From sequence record OQ031072: a DNA stretch of 64,000 nt. The stretch is one strand, 5' to 3'. Below, in pieces: positions 56,665 to 64,000 of this stretch. The stretch is from Shigella phage SFPB. Every line of letters starts with the position of its first letter. The stretch's first letter is position 1. The notes under the pieces are model-generated. The model was not told where the DNA came from. It made no database searches and saw nothing but the letters and a program-made list of their open reading frames with translations. The position numbers and the translations under genes were made by a program.

Positions 56665-56670
56665 AATATT

Positions 56671-56746
56671 AGCAGTGTAGCATAACTGGAAATGCACCAG
56701 CCTCTGAAGCTGAAAGATTAAGGTTCAAATCCTTATACTGCTGCCA
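56671..56746 (+). tRNA. tRNA-Gln (anticodon CTG)
   Basis: Acceptor AGCAGTG/TACTGCT; loop CTCTGAA; G73; CCA. Confidence 0.55.
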
Positions 56747-56777
56747 CTTCTAAGGGTTCTTACGAGAGTCCTTAAAT

Positions 56778-56854
56778 GTGGCCTTATCATAAATGGATAA
56801 TGACCCATGCTGTGAACATGGTCTATACGGGTTCGATTCCCGTAGGTCACCCCA
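56778..56854 (+). tRNA. tRNA-His (anticodon GTG)
   Basis: Anticodon stem CCATG/CATGG, loop CTGTGAA; C73; CCA. Confidence 0.6.
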
Positions 56855-56861
56855 ATTTAAT

Positions 56862-56937
56862 AGCTCAATTAGCTTATATGGTTAAAGCGCGTGTCTGAAA
56901 AACATGAGAACAGGGTTCAAATCCCGATGGGCTACCA
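56862..56937 (+). tRNA. tRNA-Phe (anticodon GAA)
   Basis: Loop CTGAAAA; A73; CCA; T-stem weak. Confidence 0.5.
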
Positions 56938-56953
56938 ACTTTATAGGTGCATA

Positions 56954-57688
56954 ATGAAAGAGATGACAGAACAAAGTAAAGAGATTTTTAATCTCCTTAA
57001 AACCGGTAATGGTTTCTCAAACCCTCTTATTACTGGTGCAGCAGTTCTTGGTGGTACAGTTGCCGCTTCTCAGTCATTAGTAACTTCTATTGGTTCTGTA
57101 TCAGACCCAGCCACACAGCAAATTCTTATTGCTGCTGGACTGACAACAGCCTTATTAGGAAGCTTCACAACAAGCCTTGGAAGTACAACTTCAACGACAA
57201 GTACACTCACTGAGTATGGACAAAAGTCTGTAGATGAGTTTTCACAGCGTATGCAGGTAGCTAAAGGCTACTCTAACGTCATGGGAGCAGTAGGTGAGCA
57301 AGTTGGATGTACACCATTTAGTGGCATTATGGGTGTAGCTACTGAGTACGGCAATAAAGCGATGGATTTGATTAATACCTCCATAGACGCTGTAAACAGC
57401 GTTCTAAGCGATTTGCAAGATGCAATCGATAAAGGACTAGGGACAATCTCTGAACTCGCTACACAGGCTGTTACAGCGATTAATGAGGGCATTGCAAAGA
57501 TTACTGCATATGCTAACGAAGTAGCTCAGATGATTGCAGATGAAGCAGCATTGATTGCAGAATACCTGAAAACAAATATTAATGGTTTCCTTGCAAATGT
57601 TCTACCAAGCTGGTTTGATGATTCATGTAAAACTGGTGTGATTGATACTATTGCAACTCCAGAGATGAAAGAAGCTCTGAACAAATAA
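56954..57688 (+). CDS. hypothetical Ala/Ser/Thr-rich protein with N-terminal hydrophobic segment
   Basis: ATG 56954 just after tRNA-Phe (track start 56891 overlaps tRNA). Confidence 0.45.
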   Translation: MKEMTEQSKEIFNLLKTGNGFSNPLITGAAVLGGTVAASQSLVTSIGSVSDPATQQILIAAGLTTALLGSFTTSLGSTTSTTSTLTEYGQKSVDEFSQRMQVAKGYSNVMGAVGEQVGCTPFSGIMGVATEYGNKAMDLINTSIDAVNSVLSDLQDAIDKGLGTISELATQAVTAINEGIAKITAYANEVAQMIADEAALIAEYLKTNINGFLANVLPSWFDDSCKTGVIDTIATPEMKEALNK

Positions 57689-57689
57689 T

Positions 57690-57781
57690 GGAAGATTAAC
57701 CCTAAAGGTAAGGGAGCAGTTTGCTAAACTGCCAGTAACCGAGAAATCGGCGTACCAGTTCAAGTCTGGTATCTTCCTCCA
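57690..57781 (+). tRNA. tRNA-Ser (anticodon GCT), long variable arm
   Basis: Acceptor GGAAGAT/ATCTTCC; anticodon stem GCAGT/ACTGC, loop TTGCTAA; CCA. Confidence 0.6.
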
Positions 57782-57787
57782 AATTAT

Positions 57788-57863
57788 GTGTCGGTGTCAG
57801 AAATGGTTATGTGCCTGTCTGCAAAACAGGTTTATGAGGGTTCGAGTCCCTTCCGATACTCCA
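57788..57863 (+). tRNA. tRNA-Cys (anticodon GCA)
   Basis: Anticodon stem CCTGT/ACAGG, loop CTGCAAA; U73; CCA. Confidence 0.6.
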
Positions 57864-57895
57864 ATTTATATTAATATCTCTCTCAAAGTTATTAT

Positions 57896-57956
57896 GCCCT
57901 GCTATGAGTATTCTCCCTTTCGCTACCGGAGAGTATTTTTAGACAGGGCTTTTTTA
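57896..57956 (+). terminator. rho-independent terminator ending tRNA array
   Basis: GCCCTG...CAGGGC + TTTTTT. Confidence 0.55.
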
Positions 57957-58020
57957 TAGAGTTATACTTTATGGGCAGACCTATACAGTATGTCTCTGGC
58001 ATACATTGTGGTTTCTCCTT

Positions 58021-58044
58021 GACGGTCTCTGCACCGTCTTTTTT
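58021..58044 (+). terminator. rho-independent terminator
   Basis: GACGGT-CTCTGC-ACCGTC + TTTTTT. Confidence 0.6.
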
Positions 58045-58082
58045 CAGGAGAATCACTATAACTTTAATTTTGGAGAAATACA

Positions 58083-58289
58083 ATGAACGAGACTAATGTT
58101 TACAAAGAACTATATGAAACTCAGAAACAGGCTCAGATGCTTCAAGCAACTGTAATGGCTGTGGCTGAACGTTTAATTGTTGCAACTGGTATTAATCCAC
58201 AAGAAGCAACGATGGATAAACTTCTTAATTTAGTAGATGAAAAGTTTGGTGTAGAACCTAAACAGGAATCTGAAGAAGTTTCTGAATAA
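58083..58289 (+). CDS. hypothetical protein upstream of terminase
   Basis: ORF track 68 aa. Confidence 0.4.
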   Translation: MNETNVYKELYETQKQAQMLQATVMAVAERLIVATGINPQEATMDKLLNLVDEKFGVEPKQESEEVSE

Positions 58290-58295
58290 TTCTAT

Positions 58296-59753
58296 TTGCA
58301 GAGGTGCTTAATGGACTTAAATGTTATTAAGCAGAAGCGAGTGGAAGATGTAAGGAAAGTCCTAGCAGGTGAGTTGGGGCTTTCTGAAGAAGTAAAAGAT
58401 ATTATCAAATCCTTTGGTAAAGACCCCTCTAAATTCCTTCCAACTCAAATTCTGACTTTATTAAGGTACACCCCAGACCAAGTAAGACTCATCTTTAAAT
58501 TGATGACTGACAAGAACTATGTAGCTCCACAGCCTGGCTCTCAAGAGGTATTCTTGAACACTAATGCTGACTTGGTACTATATGGTGGTGCTGCTGGTGC
58601 TGGTAAGACTGCTGCCCTATTAATGGACTCACTAAGGTTTATTGAAGACCCAAACTATAACGCTGTTTATTTCCGTCGAAATACAACACAGTTACAAGGT
58701 GGTTTGTGGCCTGCGGCTAAGAAGTTATTTGGTAAGTTTGGTGGAGTTCCACATGAACAGAAAATGACTATCACTTTCCCTTCTGGAGCAACTATCAAGT
58801 TTACTTATTTGGAACTTGAGAAACACTCAGAAGGTCACCAAGGTATCGAATACTCAGCTATTTATTTCGACGAAGGTACACACTTCTCGGCTTCACAGAT
58901 TTCATATCTTCAGACACGTTTACGTTCTGGTGCTGAAGGTGACTCATATATGAAAATCTCAATGAACCCAGATAGAGACCACTTTATTTATGATTGGGTA
59001 GAACCTTTCCTAGATGATGCTGGATATCCAGACCCAGAGAAGTGCGGTAGGATTCGTTGGTATGTTATGAATGATGGTGTCATGGTTTCTGATTGGGATA
59101 GAGATAAAATTCTTGAAATGTTCCCTCTTGAGATTCCTCAAACATATACCTTTATTTCCGGTACAATTGATGACAACCCTATTCTAGATTTCCTTGAACC
59201 TAAGTATCGTGGTAAATTAGAAAACAACACACCAGTTAACGTTGCACGTTTACGTTTTGGTAACTGGAAAGCTCGTGCTGAAGGTTCAAACTATTGGCAA
59301 AGACAATGGTGTGAAATTGTTGATAGTGTTCCAGCAGATGTATTTGACGTAAGAGCATGGGACTTAGCAGCAACATTACCTTCTGAGGTTAACCCTAACC
59401 CTGACTGGACAGCAGGTGTTAAAATGGGTAAATCTAAAAAAGATGGTTGCTATTATGTGATTAACGTAGTAAGATTTAGAGATAGACCTTCTGGAGTTGA
59501 AACACAAATTAACCAAACTGCTGAAGGTGATGGTAAGCGCACAGGTATTTTTATCCCTCAAGACCCCGGCGCTGCTGGTAAATCCTACGCAACCTCCTTA
59601 TTAGAAAACTTGCTGAGAAAGGTTTCCGAGCAAGAGCTAAACCAACAAATAAAGATAAAGTCACCCGTTTTGCGGGTTTCTCTGCTGCTTCTGAGGCAGG
59701 ACTTGTCAAAATTGTTAGAGGCTCTTGGAATGAAGCATATTTCCAAGAACTAG
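58296..59753 (+). CDS. terminase large subunit (ATPase domain), frame-disrupted before nuclease domain
   Basis: Walker A LYGGAAGAGKTA; DPGAAGKSYA motif; frame ends in atypical sequence while terminase C-terminus continues in -1 frame. Confidence 0.8.
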   Translation: MQRCLMDLNVIKQKRVEDVRKVLAGELGLSEEVKDIIKSFGKDPSKFLPTQILTLLRYTPDQVRLIFKLMTDKNYVAPQPGSQEVFLNTNADLVLYGGAAGAGKTAALLMDSLRFIEDPNYNAVYFRRNTTQLQGGLWPAAKKLFGKFGGVPHEQKMTITFPSGATIKFTYLELEKHSEGHQGIEYSAIYFDEGTHFSASQISYLQTRLRSGAEGDSYMKISMNPDRDHFIYDWVEPFLDDAGYPDPEKCGRIRWYVMNDGVMVSDWDRDKILEMFPLEIPQTYTFISGTIDDNPILDFLEPKYRGKLENNTPVNVARLRFGNWKARAEGSNYWQRQWCEIVDSVPADVFDVRAWDLAATLPSEVNPNPDWTAGVKMGKSKKDGCYYVINVVRFRDRPSGVETQINQTAEGDGKRTGIFIPQDPGAAGKSYATSLLENLLRKVSEQELNQQIKIKSPVLRVSLLLLRQDLSKLLEALGMKHISKN

Positions 59754-59911
59754 AAGGTTTTTGTGGCGATGGTCGTACTAAGGATGACCAAGTGGATGCT
59801 ACCAGTGATGCTTTCAACAGTCTAAACGAAGTTAAACTATTCAAGCCACCTTCAATGGGTGCTCATACAGATATTATGAAGAGTAATCCATATCAGGGGC
59901 TAAGACGCTAA
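59582..59911 (+). CDS. terminase large subunit C-terminal segment (continuation in -1 frame)
   Basis: Translation ...RKLAEKGFRARAKPTNKDKVTRFAGFSAASEAGLVKIVRGSWNEAYFQELEGFCGDGRTKDDQVDATSDAFNSL... with terminase KxDDxVDA..AF motif. Confidence 0.65.
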   Translation: MLRNLLIRKLAEKGFRARAKPTNKDKVTRFAGFSAASEAGLVKIVRGSWNEAYFQELEGFCGDGRTKDDQVDATSDAFNSLNEVKLFKPPSMGAHTDIMKSNPYQGLRR

Positions 59912-59923
59912 TAGGTAGAAAGA

Positions 59924-61387
59924 ATGGCAGATATCACAGAAACACAAGAAAGCCTTCCTCCATTCAGAATGGGTGAGGTTGGGAGTCTTGGCCTTAAAGT
60001 TCGCTCAGGAAGAATCTATGAAGAACCTAGACAGGCTTTAAGATTCCCAGAAAGTATTAAGACTTTCCAACTTATGATGAGAGACCCTTCAGTAGCAGCC
60101 TCTGTAAATATTATTAAGATGTTTGTCAGAAAGGTTAACTGGAGATTCGTACCACCGAAGGGAAAAGAGAAAGATGCCAAGATGATTGAAAGGGCTAATT
60201 TCTTTAACTCACTAATGAATGACATGGAGCACGATTGGGCTGACTTTATTAACTCTGTAATGTCATTCTGTACTTACGGTTTCTGTGTAAACGAGAAAGT
60301 TTATAAGAAACGTCAAGGTAAGAAAGGTAAGTACCCTTCAAAATATAATGATGGTTTAATTGGTTGGGCTAAATTACCAATCCGTAATCAGACTACATTA
60401 GATAAATGGTACTTTGACTCTGACTATAGAAAAGTTATTGGTGTTAGACAGAACCTGCGTAATGTTTCCCATATTGCAGGAGCAATTAATCTTGGTGAAC
60501 AACCATTGACAAGAAAGCTTCCTAGTAAATTCTTATTGTTCAAGTATGACGATGAATACGGTAACCCAGAGGGACGTTCACCATTACTTAATGCTTATGT
60601 TCCTTGGAAATACAAAGTTCAAATTGAAGAGTTTGAAGCAGTTGGTGTTTCCAGAGACTTAGTAGGTATGCCAAAGATTGGTCTTCCACCTGATTACTTA
60701 GGTGAAGATGCAGAGCCTGAAAAGAAAGCTTTTGTTAAATACTGCCAAGAAGTAGTAAATGATTTAATTGCTAATGACAGAGCAGGTTTAATTTGGCCTA
60801 GATTTATCGACCCAGAAACTAAAGAAGATATCTTTGAGTTCTCATTAGTTTCTCGACAGGGTGCTAAAGCTTATGATACAGGTTCTATCATTGATAGATA
60901 CTCTAAGCAAATTATGATGGCGTTTATGTCTGATGTTCTTGCTATGGGACAGTCAAAATATGGTTCATTCTCTCTGGCAGATTCTAAGACAAGCTTACTG
61001 GCAATGTCAGTTGATATTCTTCTGAAGCAAGTGAAGAATGTAATTAACCGTGATTTGGTTGCTCAGACTTATGCACTAAATATGTGGGATGATGAAGAAC
61101 ACGTAGAAATTGTGTATGATGATATTGAGACACCAGACCTTGAAGCTATTGCATCATTCATTCAGAAGACAGTTGCAGTTGGTGCTCTGGAAGTTGATAA
61201 GCCATTGTCTGACAAGCTTAGAGAATATCTTGACCTTGAACCTGCTGATGAGTCTAAACCAGTATCTGAGAAACTATCTCCAAACACTCAAAGTCGTTCT
61301 GGTGATGGTTATCAAACTGCTGGAGAAGGGACTGCTAAAACTCCTTCAGCTAAAGACCCAAGCACAGCTAATAAGGCAAACAAATAA
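59924..61387 (+). CDS. portal protein
   Basis: 487 aa between terminase and prohead protease. Confidence 0.65.
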   Translation: MADITETQESLPPFRMGEVGSLGLKVRSGRIYEEPRQALRFPESIKTFQLMMRDPSVAASVNIIKMFVRKVNWRFVPPKGKEKDAKMIERANFFNSLMNDMEHDWADFINSVMSFCTYGFCVNEKVYKKRQGKKGKYPSKYNDGLIGWAKLPIRNQTTLDKWYFDSDYRKVIGVRQNLRNVSHIAGAINLGEQPLTRKLPSKFLLFKYDDEYGNPEGRSPLLNAYVPWKYKVQIEEFEAVGVSRDLVGMPKIGLPPDYLGEDAEPEKKAFVKYCQEVVNDLIANDRAGLIWPRFIDPETKEDIFEFSLVSRQGAKAYDTGSIIDRYSKQIMMAFMSDVLAMGQSKYGSFSLADSKTSLLAMSVDILLKQVKNVINRDLVAQTYALNMWDDEEHVEIVYDDIETPDLEAIASFIQKTVAVGALEVDKPLSDKLREYLDLEPADESKPVSEKLSPNTQSRSGDGYQTAGEGTAKTPSAKDPSTANKANK

Positions 61388-61887
61388 TGGCAGAAGTTAT
61401 CTCTATTTCCAATGCTACGCGAGTGCATTCTTATAGAGGTGTCTTAATTATCACTGATGAATTAACTGTAGAGGCTGGCTCAAGGGTCAGCCTTTCAGGG
61501 TATGTTAGTGATGGTGGAACCTCTGACGTTTTCACTATTTGCAGGTTACTTGATGCTCCAATGAGCGGAAAACAGTTTATTTCAAACAATTGTAACGAAA
61601 TTGTTAAAATTCCATTTGACAGTTCATGCCTTTTGGGTGTAAAGTTATATAACTGTGAGAATAAACGTGTTAACGTTAATAGTGTTGAAGCTGCGTTCAT
61701 TACCATTGATACAGCATTTCAATCTCCAATGACAGTAAATAAAGAGTCTAACAGACTTGAGTACATTTTTTCACAAAATGATTACAAAGTACTTGTCAAA
61801 GGTAAAGTTTATGATATGATTGTAAATGTGGTAGATGAATCTGGTAACCATTCAACAATCCTTAAACAAAAAGTAAGGTTTAATTAA
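61387..61887 (+). CDS. hypothetical protein (head module)
   Basis: ORF track 166 aa. Confidence 0.4.
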   Translation: MAEVISISNATRVHSYRGVLIITDELTVEAGSRVSLSGYVSDGGTSDVFTICRLLDAPMSGKQFISNNCNEIVKIPFDSSCLLGVKLYNCENKRVNVNSVEAAFITIDTAFQSPMTVNKESNRLEYIFSQNDYKVLVKGKVYDMIVNVVDESGNHSTILKQKVRFN

Positions 61888-62219
61888 TGGGAACATTAAC
61901 GATTGATGGTAAGAATAAAATCCTAGCCACACTAACCCCGACAACTATTGTATTACACAATGTAGACCCAACGGCAGACCCTACAGCAAACAAGGTTACT
62001 CAGCCAGTGGCTATCTTCTTCTCAGAACCTAATAATGGATTAATTGCCTCAGAAGACACAGTTAATATTACTGTTCCGGCTTCTGCTACAGTTTCTCATT
62101 TTAGCTTATGGGATGACAACTCTAAGTGCGTGGCAACAGGTGCTCTAAGTAGCCCTCAGTTCTTTGCTGAAGAAGGAATTTATGTTATCTCTTCAGTATC
62201 CATTGACTTAAATAAATAG
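61887..62219 (+). CDS. hypothetical protein (head module)
   Basis: ORF track 110 aa. Confidence 0.4.
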   Translation: MGTLTIDGKNKILATLTPTTIVLHNVDPTADPTANKVTQPVAIFFSEPNNGLIASEDTVNITVPASATVSHFSLWDDNSKCVATGALSSPQFFAEEGIYVISSVSIDLNK

Positions 62220-62230
62220 GGTGAGTAAAA

Positions 62231-62443
62231 ATGAGTTCGAATATCTTCAGACTTGCTGACAGATTATTCAACCAACCTTTACTAGCTACAGAATCATTAG
62301 CCCACTCAGCAGCGACTTATGTTAATAACCGCTTGTTAGGTGAGGTACAAGCAGCAGTAAACTTCGATAAGCCAAAAGGTGAAGCAAGGAGTCTTTTAAA
62401 GTTAAAGAAGACATTGCTATCATCCCTATTATGGGTGGCCTAA
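62231..62443 (+). CDS. prohead protease N-terminal segment (upstream frame)
   Basis: MSSNIFRLADRLFNQPLLATE... resembles N-terminus of S49-type phage head proteases; main protease frame is -1 relative. Confidence 0.5.
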   Translation: MSSNIFRLADRLFNQPLLATESLAHSAATYVNNRLLGEVQAAVNFDKPKGEARSLLKLKKTLLSSLLWVA

Positions 62444-63579
62444 CACATCGTATGACCTTCATGGATGCAATGTGTACTGGTGGACTAAGTTCTTATGAAG
62501 GTTTACGCAGAGGCTTTGACGAAGCCCTAGCAGATGAGTCTATTAAGACTATCGTGCTGCACGTTGATTCAGGTGGTGGTGAAGCGTCAGGTTGTTTTGA
62601 GTTGGCACGTCACATCATGGCTTCAAGAGGCCAAAAGAAAATTATTGCTTATGTAGATGAGTTTGCTTGCTCTGCTGCATATGCTCTTGCATCTTCCGCT
62701 GAAGAAATTATTGCATCACCAGATGCAGATGTTGGTTCAATTGGTGTGATTATGGTTCACCAAGAATTAACTAAAGCATTTGAAAAGAATGGCGTAACTA
62801 TTAACGTTATTAAAGCTGGTGAATTTAAAGGTATGGGTTCCCCATTCCAAGCATTATCAGAAGAAAGCAAGAATAGACTTCAAAAGAGAATTGATGACAC
62901 TTACAAGACTTTTACTAGTTTTGTTGCAGACTCACGTAATATCTCCGAAGAAGCTGTAAAGAATACTGAGGCGAATGTTTATTCTGCTCAGGAAGCTCTT
63001 GAACTTGGTTTAATTAACTCTATCATGTCTCAAGATGATTTCTTAAATTACTTACAAGGTTCTGAAGAAGCTCCTGTAAGTTTAAACACAAACAATTCAG
63101 GTGAAGAAATGACTGAACAAGAAAAGCAAGAACTAGAAGCTCTGCGTCTTCAGGTTGCTCAAATGAAAGCTAAGGAACAGGAAGCAGTTCTTACAGATTT
63201 AACTGGTAAGGTTTCTGCATCTGCTGAAGCTTTTGGGTTTGATGCAAAAGAAGCTGCAACAGCTATTTTAGGTGCTGGTCTTGACAACCCTCTGAGTGTT
63301 CTGTTTATGAATGCTATGGAAGGTGCTAACCAGAAACTTAATGAAACTATCGCGTCCCATGCTTCTGCCATGTCTGAGAAGGATTCTGAAATCACTAAGC
63401 TGAAAGAAGCTGCTGGTGCTGTTCTGGAACACTCAAACGCTATGGAAGAACTTGGCAATGACGGCGAAGCAGAAGTGGATGATGGTAAAGATACCACTCC
63501 AGAAGCAAATGTTAATGCTAACGCTGACCAACGCAAACTGGCTCTCCAGAATGCTTTGAATACTCTTATCAAGAAATAA
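62431..63579 (+). CDS. prohead protease (S49/ClpP-like) with C-terminal coiled-coil scaffold-like region
   Basis: VLHVDSGGGEASG and CSAAYALASSA motifs; coiled-coil C-terminus; frame open upstream to 62383. Confidence 0.75.
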   Translation: MGGLTHRMTFMDAMCTGGLSSYEGLRRGFDEALADESIKTIVLHVDSGGGEASGCFELARHIMASRGQKKIIAYVDEFACSAAYALASSAEEIIASPDADVGSIGVIMVHQELTKAFEKNGVTINVIKAGEFKGMGSPFQALSEESKNRLQKRIDDTYKTFTSFVADSRNISEEAVKNTEANVYSAQEALELGLINSIMSQDDFLNYLQGSEEAPVSLNTNNSGEEMTEQEKQELEALRLQVAQMKAKEQEAVLTDLTGKVSASAEAFGFDAKEAATAILGAGLDNPLSVLFMNAMEGANQKLNETIASHASAMSEKDSEITKLKEAAGAVLEHSNAMEELGNDGEAEVDDGKDTTPEANVNANADQRKLALQNALNTLIKK

Positions 63580-63591
63580 GGAACACAAATA

Positions 63592-63969
63592 ATGGCATAT
63601 CAAGGTTTTACTAAATTAGGTGAAAGAGAACCTCTTAACGATATCATCCTTTGGGAAGAAATTACCCCAACTGGTCACTCTCGTAAAGAGTATGCTCCAG
63701 TGGCAAGCACAGAATACCGTGTTGGTGAAGTTCTGAAGGCTGACGGCTCTAAAGTAGCTGCTGGTCAAGAAGCTCAGGCAGATTCTGTATGTATCGTTAA
63801 CTTCTATGCAGACCTGCAACTGTCTTATCATGGTCAGTTAAAAGTCGTTGGTATCTACCGTGACGCTGAACTGAAAGACTTGCTGAAGCTAGAGAGTGGT
63901 GTTGATGCTGCTGCTGTCAAGTCTGCTCTTAAGGCGAAAGGTATTGATTTCGTCCCAACTGGCCTGTAA
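63592..63969 (+). CDS. head decoration-like protein
   Basis: 125 aa immediately after protease/scaffold gene; call is positional. Confidence 0.35.
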   Translation: MAYQGFTKLGEREPLNDIILWEEITPTGHSRKEYAPVASTEYRVGEVLKADGSKVAAGQEAQADSVCIVNFYADLQLSYHGQLKVVGIYRDAELKDLLKLESGVDAAAVKSALKAKGIDFVPTGL

Positions 63970-64000
63970 TTAATAATAAGACATTCTGGAGAATTTTACA

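Noticed and set aside
57892-58083. Minus-strand ORF (63 aa) downstream of tRNA-Cys
   Set aside because: Lies across two plus-strand terminator hairpins antisense to the array exit; likely spurious.
1-64000. Prophage or mobile-element signatures (integrase, transposase, attachment sites)
   Set aside because: No integrase or transposase-like ORF recognised; HNH and GIY-YIG genes are treated as homing endonucleases, not transposable elements.

Overview
The window reads as a contiguous piece of a large virulent tailed-phage genome; no rRNA, CRISPR array, integrase or transposase was seen. Gene content is T5-like in flavour (family assignment tentative). All calls are by eye from the ORF track and sequence, with no searches run; tRNA boundaries and anticodons were folded by hand and need tRNAscan-SE confirmation. 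Layout: (1) 0-20 kb, replication and nucleotide metabolism: family-A DNA polymerase (minus strand), T7 gp4-like primase-helicase, an SSB-like pair, 5'-3' exonuclease, dNMP kinase-like, MazG-like, NrdA/NrdB/NrdH/NrdD/NrdG, plus GIY-YIG and HNH endonuclease-like genes. (2) 21-33 kb: PRPP-synthetase-like + NAMPT-like pair, rIIA/rIIB-like, secreted lytic transglycosylase-like, HAD phosphatase, a putative spanin pair, macro-domain protein. (3) 33.2-40.5 kb: tandem repeats, then about 18 small ORFs each behind a repeated promoter/stem-loop/RBS cassette. (4) 40.5-42.0 kb: ORF-free repeat-dense region between convergent terminators. (5) 42.0-49.7 kb: minus-strand operon of unknown genes plus GH24 lysozyme. 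(6) 50-58 kb: vWA/MIDAS protein followed by about 27 tRNA genes (anticodons cover all 20 amino acids), two HNH endonucleases and repeated hairpin elements. (7) 58-64 kb: terminase, portal, S49 prohead protease, decoration-like protein. Most interesting: several NAD+/ADP-ribose-related counter-defence candidates (PRPP-synthetase-like/NAMPT-like pair, macro domain, a DUF2829-like ORF at the window edge); the cassette-driven small-gene array; the vWA protein beside hairpin elements that include a tRNA-like module; and five conserved genes split by single-nucleotide frame changes at homopolymer runs, which are either sequencing errors or programmed frameshifts.
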